Assembly (NCBI RefSeq): GCF_964355755.1
Contig: NC_092674.1
Location: 8,866,001-8,930,000 of the forward strand
Reading direction: 5' to 3'
Source: Antedon mediterranea
Lineage: Eukaryota > Animalia > Echinodermata
Length of the DNA stretch: 64,000 nt
Shown here: piece by piece, positions 12,801-24,409 of the stretch
How positions within the stretch are numbered: position 1 is the first letter of the stretch
How the letters are laid out: each line of letters starts with the position of its first letter
Position numbers and translations under genes: made by a program
The notes under the pieces: generated by a model
What the model was told of the DNA's origin: nothing
What the model saw: only the letters and a program-made list of their open reading frames with translations
Database searches by the model: none

Positions 12801-15800
12801 AATCTGTTTTTTATAACTCAAATGAAACAGTCCTATTAGATTCCATTAAGATGGAGTCAAATGTATTCAAACAAATTAATAAATACCTTTTCTTTTGTCT
12901 TTCTTTCACCATTTGATGATATGTTCCTGTAACTAGCGAGTATGCAGGGTCATTTTCCTCTCGACCTTCTTTCTTCTTGGTTGCTATGGCCTTCAAAAAA
13001 TTATAACAAAAAAAATGTAATAATCATTTTACTCTGAAAGTGTCTGTACAACAGAAATTTGTCCCTTAAATACAGCACACAATCAATCATTTGTTGACAA
13101 TAAGTTGAAAATGGATAGGTAGGTGACAAAACAAGACTAACACTTTCTTCAGCTGAATTGATCACCAATAATTGTGTCATTGCCCTGATGCACATCTCAG
13201 TGCTTAGATATTCCTCCGTAATTTCTAGGCTTAGCTTTGCAGAAACCTAGATAAATAAGTAATACAATTCTTTAATTGGTTAGAATCTGGATCAATTAAG
13301 GTAAGTAATTTAAATGGCAAAAGTTCTTTAAAAAAACCCTTATACAGTATCTATTTTAAATGACGGGTATTGGGCTTACCTCTAGAATAATTTCTTCCAT
13401 CATTAAATGGCAAATCTTCTCTTTAGTAAGTTGTTCCTTGTGTTCTTGAATTCTCTTCTCCTCGAGGTCTAAAACCCGACTAAATTACAACCGAATTAAG
13501 TTAAATTAATACATCTATCGATACAATGAATTAAAAGATGAAAGTGGTAAACGTTTCGATGCATTGTTCTGATACATCATACAATGCATCATTCTGACGC
13601 ATAGTTCTGATGTATTGTTTTTATTCAGCATTCTGATGCATATTTCTGATGTAATAATGTCATTCTTATATAGTACTTAATGCATAGGGCCTCTAAGCAC
13701 TTCACATTATTACTGCGGTTATGTTTGCATCAAACACATATGGAAATATACTCCCATAATGCTGCAGCCTCAGCACAGTTGTGTTTATACCAGGAATCCA
13801 CTTGTACGTCTGGGTGGGGATAGGCAAACGTAAGTAAAATGTCTTGAGCATTTGATTTGAACTCATGATCAGTAGTCCAATGTCCTACAAACTGCGCCAC
13901 ATGCAGTCTGATGCATTAAGCTCTGTCCACAAACTTTATGTGACAACACGAATGTGATGTGCCCATATGGACATAATGATGTCATATCCCTACCATATTT
14001 AAGCATATCACTACCATATTTGGGCACATCACACTTCTTTGTCAAACTGGTGTAGACAGAACTTTAGTCCCATGTATTTTTCTGATGTATTATTTACATA
14101 GGTGACGATTGTTTGTATACATCTATTTGATACATAAATATCTTTAAAAGGATACATGGTGTTCAGTCTATCTTGCATCCATTTTTCAGGTTCAAAGAGC
14201 ATGATGCCATCAGCAACTTCAACCAAAATATCACGGACCTGAAAAATGTCACCATTAAAAAGAAACTGCAAGCATTAAATGATGTTATCTGTTTGGTATT
14301 GCAGAAAGATCTTGGCTAGATGGCATTTAAATGTAAGGTGAAGAGCAGAGAATGAGAAGCATGTTTAGGTCAGGTAATTTATTAATTTGTTCTACCACCA
14401 GAACCATGGAGCAATGAGCCACAAACCCTTGTCGATGTTAAGACTATGTGATTATGGTTCCACTGTCTTAACCACTCGGCCCCTTACACTACTTCACCAC
14501 AATTCCCCATCCTGATTCTCCTTACCATGTGGTAGGTCTGTGATTGGTGAGGTTCATATGTCCAGCCTTCTAAATGCTGAGGGTTTCTACGCATCTTTTC
14601 TACTTCACGTCTAAACAGTAAAATCAAATTCTAGATGAAGCGTGGTTCCCACTAGCGACGCAACACAAGGACGTAACGCAACGCAAGTGAATTGACCAAT
14701 CACAAGCGATGGCTTATCCGCTTGTGATTGCTAACTGTCTATAACTTCGCTTGTCATTGGTTAAAATGCTTGCGTTGCGTTTACGTCCTTGCATTACGTT
14801 CTAGTGGGAACCAAGCTTAAATGGCAGTTTGCATTTAACATCAGACGTAGTCAAGAACAACTTTGATGAAGCTAATGCCAACATTGATGTCTGTAAGGGC
14901 CTCCTTATTTAGTAGAAGTAAGCAGTTTTTTAAACACAGATGAAAGCTAATGTTAATGTCCATGGCAGGATGGTATTTGTTTTTATCAAGTAATCATGTT
15001 AAATATGATACCACATACTTTCCATGGTCAACTAGACCTCAGAAAGTTCTCTTAGAGAAATCATTAATTTGAATGTATTTGTATTTGTACACAGTGGGCC
15101 TATCAATGCTGTGTTGTTTATTGTTACAGTACAACACTGCCTTTTGGACACTATTAAGGAGACACCGCTATTAAGGGGACACTTTCTAAGCTTGCTTAAC
15201 TTTTTTCTGCAATTGATTATGTAAAATATAATACCGTCTTAGTTCAATGTCAGCTTGTAACTTTGGAATCTTTGCTTCTGTTCTGATAGCATACGCCTCC
15301 ATTTCACTTGTTTCCATTGCAAGTGGTTCTTCAGCTAGCTTATACTGACCATTAGACTTCTCAATTGGATCTTAAACAAAGACAATATTTTATATTTATT
15401 ATATCCACAAAAGATGAAAGAAAGGCTTATGTTTTAGTTTTTATATATTTTGCCAAGGATAACCATAAGCGAATTCATTCAGTATCCTTCTTAAAGGTGG
15501 CAATCCCATTCACAAGACAAATAAATACACAAGATGCTCTCTCTTATTACAATTCAATAGAATTAGTTGCACTTGAGCATTCATTTCAAGTTAACTTTTA
15601 AGCAACTGGTGTCCGAGAGTGCTGTATCGACATATGGAAAAGATTGTAACTTGTAGTTACAATTGCAAGTTGTTTAAGGAACCAGTGTGCTCGTACACTT
15701 ATGCCGACATTGAACTGATCACAACTGGTCCCAGCTACCAGAATATCCATATACACACAGTTTTCAGTTTTATGTCAACAGAAAAATTTCAATCTAGCAT

Positions 15801-17316
15801 GATTACATTAAAAAGTACAAACCTAAAATTGTGTAATTAGGAATTCTCCATCTGTCTTTTGAAGCCTGCATTTTATCCGTCTCATCCTGCAACCGTACCC
15901 TCTCTTCGTTTAGTTTCCCACGGTCTGTTCGGTAAATCGCAAGTTCATCTTTCAAGTCCTACATATTATTATATTAAAACAAATAAATTATTCCAATAGT
16001 TTTTTTAAAATATAATGTATGTATGTATGTATTTACTGATTTTAGCACACGCCACAATGAATCCTGCACACTATTGCGAATTTAAATGATTATAAAACTA
16101 TAAACAAGACCTTCTTTCTTTTTGCGAGCACATCTTTCAGAACTGCTTCATTTTTCTTTCCAATTCCATTTCCTGTTGAAAGAAAAGAAGATAATACAGT
16201 AGAAACTTCCTTTGGGACACCTCTATTCAATGGACAACCCTATTCAATGGACAACCCTATTCAATGGACAACCCTATTCAATGGACAACCCTATTCAATG
16301 GACAACCCTATTCAATGGACAACCCTATTCAATGGACAACCCTATTCAATGGACAACACTATTCAATGGACAACACTATTCAATGGACAACCCTATTCAA
16401 TGGACAACCCTATTCAATGGACAACCCTATTCAATGGACAACACTATTCAATGGACAACACTATTCAAGGGACAACCCTATTCAATGGACAACCCTATTC
16501 AATGGACAACCCTATTCAATGGACAACCCTATTCAATGGACAACCCTATTCAATGGACAACCCTATTCAATGGACCAACCCTATTCAATGGACCAACCCT
16601 ATTCAATGGACAACCCTATTCAAGGGACAACCCTATTCAATGGACAACCCTATTCAATGGACAACCCTATTCAATGGACAACCCTATTCAATGGACAACA
16701 CTATTCAAGGGACAACCCTATTCAAGGGACAACCCTATTCAATGGACAACCCTATTCAATGGACAACCCTATTCAATGGACAACCCTATTCAAGGGACAA
16801 CCCTATTCAATGGACAACCCTATCAAGAGGACACTTGTGAAATGTATGATTCCCAATATATGTAACACTACAATTAACCATTATTCAGGTGACACCTCTC
16901 AACTTTGTTGGGTCTCAAAGGTGTCCCTTAATAGCGGTTAGTGGCGTAACGGCTATGAGTGCTCACTGGATAAACCCTGGAGCTTATGGTGGCCCCTGAG
17001 CAGTGTCCAGAGAAGAAAACAGGCATTAAAATATGTCTAAAAAGGCTAAAAACACCTGAGGCCTCCAGTGTTGGAGGGCAACTTAGGGTTCCTGAAACAG
17101 GGGCCTTAGCTTAGATCTCTACGTTACGCCACTGATAAAGGTCCAAATAAATTAATTACCATGATGGTTATTTGGAGTAGCTCTCCTATTGTCCAATATT
17201 TGAGGTTCTTTGTAACGATTCAATTCAGAGTTTGAAGTTTGTAGTCGGTGCAATAGCTGGGCTTGGTTCTGTAGCAGTTTATTGGCTGGAGACTGTGAGT
17301 AATGACTGGCACTCAT
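802..17316 (-). CDS. Uncharacterised ~1043-aa protein with coiled-coil-like N-terminus and WD40/beta-propeller-like region
   Basis: 25 GT-AG exons joined with phase agreement and no stops: 17316-17160, 16172-16111, 15958-15823, 15370-15235, 14610-14526, 14238-14156, 13479-13380, 13246-13142, 12990-12887, 12632-12431, 12243-12135, 11735-11596, 11493-11340, 11071-10983, 10753-10643, 10304-10144, 9833-9734, 9404-9240, 8833-8714, 3698-3608, 3023-2893, 2360-2139, 1450-1365, 1221-1008, 870-802 (3132 nt; MSASHYSQ...PPNEVAS*). WD40-like strings: SLSPDHRLLAFGYSHGDILVYDL, IISLKWSWDASRLISINESGSLHIWS, FLVGFDNGDILKCN, LLSVDAKGYINIWKY, KLSSDGNLLAF. A few donor choices were made by phase fit. Confidence 0.85.
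1478..1627. mobile_element. Small foldback/MITE-like inverted repeat
   Basis: AATTAGTAA...AAAAAACCCAAAAAATTAGCGAAA versus TTTCGCTAATTTTTGGGGGTTTTTT...TTACTAACT. Confidence 0.55.
3060..3340. mobile_element. MITE relic with GAACTGAA/TTCAGTTC subterminal repeats in opposite orientations
   Basis: Left half is rich in AACTCAACTG/GAACTGAA and right half in TTCAGTTC/TTGAGTTC; right end CGACTTAAAGGCACC-TTA is Harbinger-like. Confidence 0.5.
3915..4180 (-). mobile_element. Degraded 3' end of an L2/CR1-group LINE ORF2
   Basis: Minus strand reads LKTYGDR/FAVAAPKLWNNLPNSI, matching the conserved YGDRAFSVAAPxLWNxLP C-terminal motif of L2/Crack-type ORF2. Confidence 0.75.
4622..8518. mobile_element. Non-autonomous Sola3-like DNA transposon, copy 1 (3.9 kb)
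   Basis: Termini GAGCCATTGTCTGTAA...TTACAGACAATGGCTC; imperfect inverted similarity extends about 500 bp; 4-bp TSD TTAT; no transposase ORF; near-identical to 39986-43690. The superfamily is inferred from GAG/CTC ends, long TIRs and TTAA-type target. Confidence 0.85.
6266..6800. mobile_element. pogo/Tc1-mariner-like MITE nested in the Sola3-like element (also ~41436-41969)
   Basis: TA-CAG...GGGAGGTTCAACTG-TA ends, with repeated GCGGCCAC/CCCGTAAG subterminal motifs. Confidence 0.6.
8938..9211. mobile_element. Kolobok-like MITE relic (related copy 62617-62763)
   Basis: Shares the end TTTTCATGTTTTTGG(G/A)GGACAATACATCTTTAA with 62730-62763, where TTAA-AGATGTATTG...CAATACATCT-TTAA forms TIRs. 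Confidence 0.55.
11803..12092. repeat. Degenerate 20-22 bp tandem repeat (CACACACTGAAATAAACTG)
   Basis: About 13 imperfect units visible; explains ORF 11918-12118. Confidence 0.85.
13690..13905 (-). mobile_element. tRNA-derived SINE relic (related copy ~23995-24207)
   Basis: Minus strand GTGGCGCAGTTTG (A box) ...GGACTACTGATC...GAGTTCAAATC (B box); shares ATACTCCCATAATGC and GATCAGTAGTCC with the 24.0-24.2 kb copy. Confidence 0.65.
13918..14066. mobile_element. ~150-bp MITE (AGCTCTGTCTACAC TIR family) with two 21-bp internal units
   Basis: Homologous to 29697-29846, 30797-31744 and 51763-51909. Confidence 0.8.
14638..14818. mobile_element. ~180-bp MITE with AAGCTTGGTTCCCACTAG TIRs (other copies ~35842-36517 interrupted, ~63890-63956 partial)
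   Basis: AAGCGTGGTTCCCACTAG...CTAGTGGGAACCAAGCTT with internal inverted GCAACGCAAG/CTTGCGTTGC. Confidence 0.8.
16219..16823. repeat. 17-bp minisatellite (GGACAACCCTATTCAAT)n, about 35 units, inside a pogo-like MITE (~16197-16938)
   Basis: Direct reading; variant units CACTATTC and CAAGGG plus two 18-bp units; host begins TA-CAGTAGAAAC...GGGACACCTCTATTCAA and resumes GGACAC...GGTGTCCCTTAATAG. Confidence 0.95.
16939..17134. mobile_element. hAT-like MITE
   Basis: (T)AGTGGCGTAACG...CGTTACGCCACTG TIRs; flanks ATAGCGGT/ATAAAGGT match 6/8 (eroded TSD). Confidence 0.7.
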
Positions 17317-19261
17317 AATTGCTGTCAGTGTACGTTGTCAAGTGGCTTGCAAAACTCTTTTCTAACTTACTGTTGTAGACATGTTCTAAATGTTTCTGAA
17401 ATATATAAGCATTTTGTAAGTTAAGAAGTGTGTATAATATAAATTTTTAGGTAATTAACTTGTGAGACGCAAGTAATAAATGACTTTCCCTATAAAAGTA
17501 ATAATTTGTATAGGCCTAGGACTTTGTATTCTCTGTAAATTGTTATTCGGGAAAATTTCGAGGTCTGTTGACTTGACCATATCATGTGGCATTCTCGAGC
17601 GAGCAAGTGTTGGAATGGGATTTTGGACACTTGACACAAGCAGAATAACCTAGCCTAGTAGCCCCTATGCCTAGTAGCCCTCTAGCCTAGTAAGTAGGGT
17701 AGCCGATGATCACTCCCTCCGACACTGGCTGGCTGGTGGTACAGACAGTATTCCCTGCTGGGCACAAGCCTAGCTAGGAGCCTTAGATGGATAGGCCTAG
17801 CCCTACACGGCTACACGCCTGCTATGCCTATCATTCAGTGTTATTAGACCTACATTAACTGTTTCAGTTTAAAGACTAAAATGTGTTAATTTATAAAATT
17901 TTCTACTGCAGACCACTTGTTTTTCTGGTTGATATGGACGCCGTGATTTTTCCAATACTCAGCAGTTGTTTGTTTTGTATGTTGTGATTTATCTAAACAC
18001 CGCCCTCTATTTTGCATTTTATAATTTAAGGAGCTGGTGTGAAAACACAAAAAAACAAAAAAAAATCTGACAATATTACAGCAGTTTACAGTATTTGTTT
18101 ATGTGTTAAATTACTAATTCTAAAATAATACAACTAAAACAATTACAAAATATTTATGGTTTGTTTTTTATTTTATTAATAATGTTTATTTCTGATATTA
18201 ATTTCATACAATCTGGTCACAATCTTGTTAATGACAAGTTCTTTACAGCATCCAAAAATGTAATTATCTAATCAGACCTTAATTAGACAATTAAACAATT
18301 AACAATGTAAACATATACTTTGGGCAATGAGGTATGGGCCTTTATACATGACAGTGGAAGAGAACTATATCTTTAAAAAAAGAGATTTAACAAGATAAGC
18401 CAATATATTTATTGCTCAGTTTTCCCTTGTCTGTACCGCAAGTTTCTTGTACATAAAACGAAACAAATGATACACAATTTTGTTTATAATATTAAGAGAA
18501 GAGAAAATTAATGGCAGTGATTAGGAAAAATCAGGCCATGTACTATACAAATTTGGTATAGGCTTGGGTATTAGGAAGGGATGTGAAGAATAGAATATAC
18601 TTAACTTATAATAATAACTTAAGTACAGTAATAATTACAAACAAATTTAATGATATTTTCGTATATGATAAATGATGACAAAATTGTTCTTTGGTGAAAT
18701 CTGTTGATTTGATTTCTTTAATAAACTTGTCTGAAAAAATTCTTGAATAAAGAACAAATCAAATACTCGGTCTCAGATATAGTCTTTAAATTTCTAGAAA
18801 AACTAAACTTGTATTTATTGGCCAGTGGCCTAAGAGAAAAAGTTTGAGATTTTTGTATCGTAAACCATAAAATACCAGGCATTACAATAAGCATGGATAT
18901 TTGAGTAAATTTTATGAAGAAAAATTCTAATATTAAAAAAAAAAAAAAATGGATATATAACATTGAATGCAGTGATTGTTTATTTTAAAGACGTATACAA
19001 TTTCATATTTTTATGAATTTACATGTTTCTTTTATTAAAGCCAATTGGATACTAAAATTGGTGATCATTCCACCAATGACAAAATGTGGAAATGTCACAT
19101 GATTACCGAGCGATCCAATTTGTGTATTGGATGATAAAAATCTTAAATATTAATGAATAAAGTTCGCTAACGAATTACATTTGCATAGGCATCATACATA
19201 CATATATATTATTATTACCAATTTATACAGTCTTACATCTGTAAATTAAAAAAAAAAACAC

Positions 19262-19397
19262 CAGGGGCAGATTCAGTACGGTATCATTTGGGTCGGTCAC
19301 TCCCCCTTTTGACAGCTACAACTACATTATGAACTAATTTATATCTATATTTGACAGGTTATTAATATTCTTCGCTCCCGTTCTGGATCCGCCCCTG
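19262..19397. mobile_element. hAT-like MITE (CAGGGGCGGATCCAG family)
   Basis: CAGGGGCAGATTCAG...CTGGATCCGCCCCTG; a similar left end lies at 62822. Confidence 0.65.
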
Positions 19398-19754
19398 ATC
19401 ACAACCACTCAATCAATTTTATACGCCATTTTGATTCAGGAGAAATTCTGTTAAAATAAGTTTATTGATTACTTTGTGTTATAATTGTTAAAAGCATTCT
19501 TTTTTGTTTGTAAAATTGTAAAAGGGAACATTCTTATCTTAGAAATTTCTAAAATTAGTGAAATACTGATACTAGATAGTTATATTTTGATTCCAAAGTG
19601 TCTTAAATAACTGATTTAGATTTTGCATGGAAATGCATATATTTTACATCTCTCAAAAGGTGGCGTTAGTATTCCAGTCAAAAATACAAAGTTTAAGTAG
19701 ACGTAACCCAGTGAAATGGTTAATCTGTAGAGTAATTTTCATACAATATGCACC

Positions 19755-20060
19755 AATACACCAGATCATGAATATGCGAATACCAATACTGTATCCCATA
19801 TCATAAATTGAATCATCGGTACACCTGCTTCCCAGATAATTCATATTTAATTACCGATACACCTGCATTCCAGATCATGAATATTCAATGACCTATACAC
19901 CTGCATTCCAGATCATTAATATTCAAATTCCGGTACACCTGCTTAGGCCTACCAGTTTATGAATATTCAGTTACCAGTAGGCCCACACTTGCACCACAGT
20001 TTATGAATATTTTAATAACAAAATACCTGCATCAGATCATGAATATTCAAATACCAGTTG
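19755..20060. repeat. Degenerate ~35-40 bp tandem repeat (ACACCTGCATTCCAGATCATGAATATTCAA), probably in CASK 3' UTR
   Basis: About 7 imperfect units. Confidence 0.75.
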
Positions 20061-22221
20061 ACCAATCACATTTTAATGTTTTACATTTAATAATGAAATT
20101 TGTAAAACATTAAACAATCATACTAAAATTAGTCTTTTAAAGAATAAATTACATGTGTCTCTCACCTAAATATTTCAATAAGCCAATAAACTTAGCTTAA
20201 ACATTTGAATAAACCAATCAAATTAATTCATAAATTTGAATAAGCCAATCAAATGAAGTCATACACTGTATGTACTAATCAAATAGTACATCTAAATTTG
20301 CAATCAAAATATTTAACAATTGTATGATCAAGATTTCAAATAGCTTTCTGATAAAATCTGTTAAGAGATTCACCAACAAATTATTTAAATAATGATTACT
20401 ATGAATCAGAAGCTATATATATCCTACAAACAACATGGTCATCTATGAGAAAAATAAGTTTTTCTTGCTAAACTGTGTAAAACAATATGTAAACGTGAAA
20501 ATCTATCTATTACCATTGTACTATAACTAGTGAAACACATTAAACATATTTGTTTATTAAAAATAAATTATATTATATTCTAAAATCAATTTTTTTTTCT
20601 CTTCCCATCTACTATTCACACACTCATCAGATACACGCAAAAAAAGAAACTATCGATGATAAATGATAAAAGTCTAAATAGACTTGATAAGTAAACTGTA
20701 CAATTTTCAAGTTTGAAAGAAAGAGAATTCCCAGAATGCCATTGTGGGGAATTCCCAGAATGACATTATTGTGGGGAATTCCCGAAATGACAAGTTGGAA
20801 GCTACCATTACAATATAATATATATATTTTTGTTCAAATTTTTTTACATATAAAAATCCCAGTCAGATTTAGTAATTAATAATGCATTTCGACTTAACCT
20901 GAATAACTTCCGCTACAAATCACAAACATTTTGTTAAATTACAGACTTGTCATAATTTTTCATGTTAATTTTTGTTTCAATATAAGAGCCTCCCTACGTT
21001 AAATAAAATTGTTGTTCTGGTCATGTTATTACCAGTTTCTATTTTTAAGAAATTGCATTCCAATCTACTTAAGCTGGTTACTGTTGACTGGTGTGTGAGA
21101 GACAGTGTTGTGTTAAAGACAGATGATGAAGTATCTAGTATGGGCTTGAAGAATCACCAGCCACAACAAAATCCAAAAAGTCCCAACGATCATAATATAT
21201 GATTAATTTCTGCTACTTGTACCTATACACTTACAGTAAATCGAGAGGTAAATGGAGAATTTATTTATTTTAATAATTTTTCTTCAAAAAAGATAGGCAG
21301 GTAAAAATTGTTTTGGGAAAACCAGATAGTAGACATTGGTTGCCCAAAGAGCAACTTAATGTCCAGCATTCTGCAAGCCCTGCTACTAGTATACAGGCAT
21401 CAGATATTACTCTGGCAATGATAACAAAGTAACAGTAACCAAACTGAAATACTTAATATCTTCCATTCTTTTCTGAACAAAAATTAGTTAAAAAATAAGA
21501 TAATAACTACAACTTGAATGTGATGAAATTTGAAATTGTTATCAAACTATCCTTTTAAACATACATTACTCGACGTGTTACAAATTAAATATATAGAGCT
21601 CTCAATAGCATTACTTTAAAACTCAACATTTTATATAAAATTTGGATGTAAATTTATAATTGTTATGCAATCTGCTGCAATTTTTTTTGCATTCCAAACT
21701 TTGTATTTACGTACATTTATCATGACTGTAGATGAGCAGAGTTGTAATATATAATATTCATGGTTTTTAATATTAATTTTTTTTATTAAAATCATTTTTT
21801 ATATTTATGTTCAATTCTTGCTTTGTTTCTCAATCAAATAAATTATAATTTTAATTCAAGCACCAAATAATATGAAGAATATTAAATTAATACGTATATG
21901 TAAAGCTATAGAGGGCTCCATTTTATAATCCAATTCATGGTAAATGAGTAACAAATCATAATTAGCAAATTTTAATTAGGTAAAAAATCTTTGAATTACT
22001 TTCAATAATTCAATTAATTATTGATTATATTTATATTATCAAAACTTATTTAGATATTTTGTCTTTGTGTTAATATACAGTATCTAATATTCACTCAAAA
22101 CAATTAACAAAACATAGTTTTTTTGGACAAAAAACCTCTGAGTTGGTTTGCACCATTCCAATAAAAACAAAGGACTGTTTGCGACTTGCACCATGACGAT
22201 TGAGAACAGTGCCCTCAATGT

Positions 22222-24409
22222 TTAGTATACCCAGCTGACGGGTACCCACTGAGGTGTTGTGCATATTTCTTCAATTGCTGATTCCAGTATTCGGATGGTT
22301 TCATCAATGTCGTTGTTGATTATTGTTAAATCAAAGTAATGACCATAAGCTTGTTTTAGAAGATCGGATTCTTTTGCGAGTTTCTCTAAACTACTATCGC
22401 CCTAAAATGATGAAAAAATGGAAACAATTAAATAAACCTATAACCATCACTTTTTGGATGTAAACCAAGTCAAAAAGTCCAAAGGAATTCTCGTCAGCAT
22501 GTCAGAATTTTGGTTTGATTTTCGCATCAACTCAAGGTCGACATAGGTCATACAGTTTCTATGGCAACCAAACTAGTCCTAGTCGATATGGCAAGTCATG
22601 TTTTGTGAAAATATATGAAGGGAATGAAAATGTTGCCATATATTTATCTGGCACTGTCAAACTCTCAAATAATGATGAAATACATGCAGATGATGAGAAC
22701 TATGTAATCTACTTCCCATGATTTGAACTTGTACATATATAGCTAAAAAAATATTCCTTAAAACTGTAAAGAAATCATTTTTCTGGATAGTTTTGAGTAG
22801 GAGTATATATTACTAGTACAGCTCTACCGCTTCCAACCTCCAATTTCGTACCAAAAGAAAAGCAAAACTTTACCTCTCCATTTAAATTAGAAATAGTTGG
22901 AGCAGCAATGAACACAACAAAAGGTGCAAACTCTGCACATCGCAGAATCTTCAATGCCTGGAAATGGAAAATAACCGTTAAGTAAAACTAAATTTGTGTG
23001 TGTTTAGGTGTTTTCTTTTCTTCGCTTACATTTTGTATAGAATACAGTTTACAATATGCGAATGCAGCTGAAGACGATTGGTGCCAATCCCGGGGTTCGA
23101 ATCCCATCGAAGGACAAAACTACTCCACTTCTAAAGATTTTGTTTCTATAGAGCATGTTGCACGTTTGATGTTTCTCTATTAACAGAGTACCACCTATTA
23201 GGACAGTAATTACATTTGAAATTGGTACTCCTAGGCTGTACCATTTTTTTAGACTGTACCATTTTCTTAGACTGTACCATCATCTAAGAATGTACCATTA
23301 TCTTAGACTATATCATTATCTTAGACTGTACCATTATCTAATAGAATGTACCATCATCTCACCACAGAACCATGAAAACATCTCAGCTAAACCCTTGTTT
23401 AAAATATCGTTACCTGTGGTTCAACATCTAGTATGGCCATGTGACCATTGCGGTGAATTTGCCTGATTGTCTCTAGTTTTGTACCGTACATAGCATCCTC
23501 GTGTGTTCCGTATTCTAAGTACTCGTTGTTTGCGATGTCCTTCATCATGTCGTCTTGAGAGACAAAATGGTAATTCTTCCCATCTACCTCCTCTACTTTG
23601 ATTGGTCGTGTTGTGTCTGAAAGTTCAAAGTTCATAATTAACTTTTTTTTAGTGTATTAATTCAAAACTAATCAATTTCTTAAACAGAAAGTCTCAATTA
23701 AAATATTCAAATAATTACTACTGCTTCTTTTTCAGGGAAAAAGCTGTCGGACTTAAAATATTGCACAAGTGTTATACAGACCAATCATTTATGTGGGCGT
23801 TTGTGCACTATAAGATTAAAAAGAAATCTGTCTGGAGAGTAAGGAAAAATTTCAGACGGCATTTGCTGGCTAGATAATAACTTGTGAAATGTGCGCCGAC
23901 TTATGTCATTTAGCAACAATAATGCATGACACAAAGTACAACGGAATAAGTAATCAATTACAGATGTAAATAAAATAATAATATCTTGGATTCATAAAGC
24001 ACCTAATGTTGTAAACCTCATCAAACATACTCCCATAATGCAGCTAATAATAAGCCCAACGTTTTGTCTTTGAATCTACCAAGTACACATTTGTACAAGA
24101 AAAGTATCTTGCCTAAGGCTACAAAGCAATGCGACGAGCATTGGATTAGAACCCACAATCTTACGATCAGTAGTCCTAACTACCAACACATTGCGCTACA
24201 CGCCCTCGAAAAGAATATACTACTAGAGTGAGGGAAGTATAACTTACGAGGGATAGGGTAAGCATATTTGTCTGGATGGCTTGTGATGAGGGTGTTCTTG
24301 ATGTGGCGTCGTCCAACGCCATGTGCCCCTAGCAATACGAGTGTTTTACGCATGAAAGCTGGTAGGCGTACAACCTCTTCATAAGTCACTAGGTCTAGTT
24401 GATCAAAGA
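22222..24409 (-). CDS. CASK: CASK guanylate kinase-like domain exons (24409-24248, 23616-23414, 22957-22874, 22401-22222)
   Basis: [60 protein letters not shown]; stop TAA at 22224-22222. Confidence 0.96.

Noticed and set aside
16212-16941. Three overlapping ~200-aa repeat ORFs; also a superficial CRISPR-like look
   Set aside because: 17-bp tandem repeat with no spacers, open in all three plus frames by chance; eukaryotic intron, no cas genes
23060-23130. GGGGTTCGAATCCC as a tRNA gene
   Set aside because: Only a T-loop/B box without a cloverleaf; more likely a SINE fragment (as with the A-box relic at ~14420-14482)
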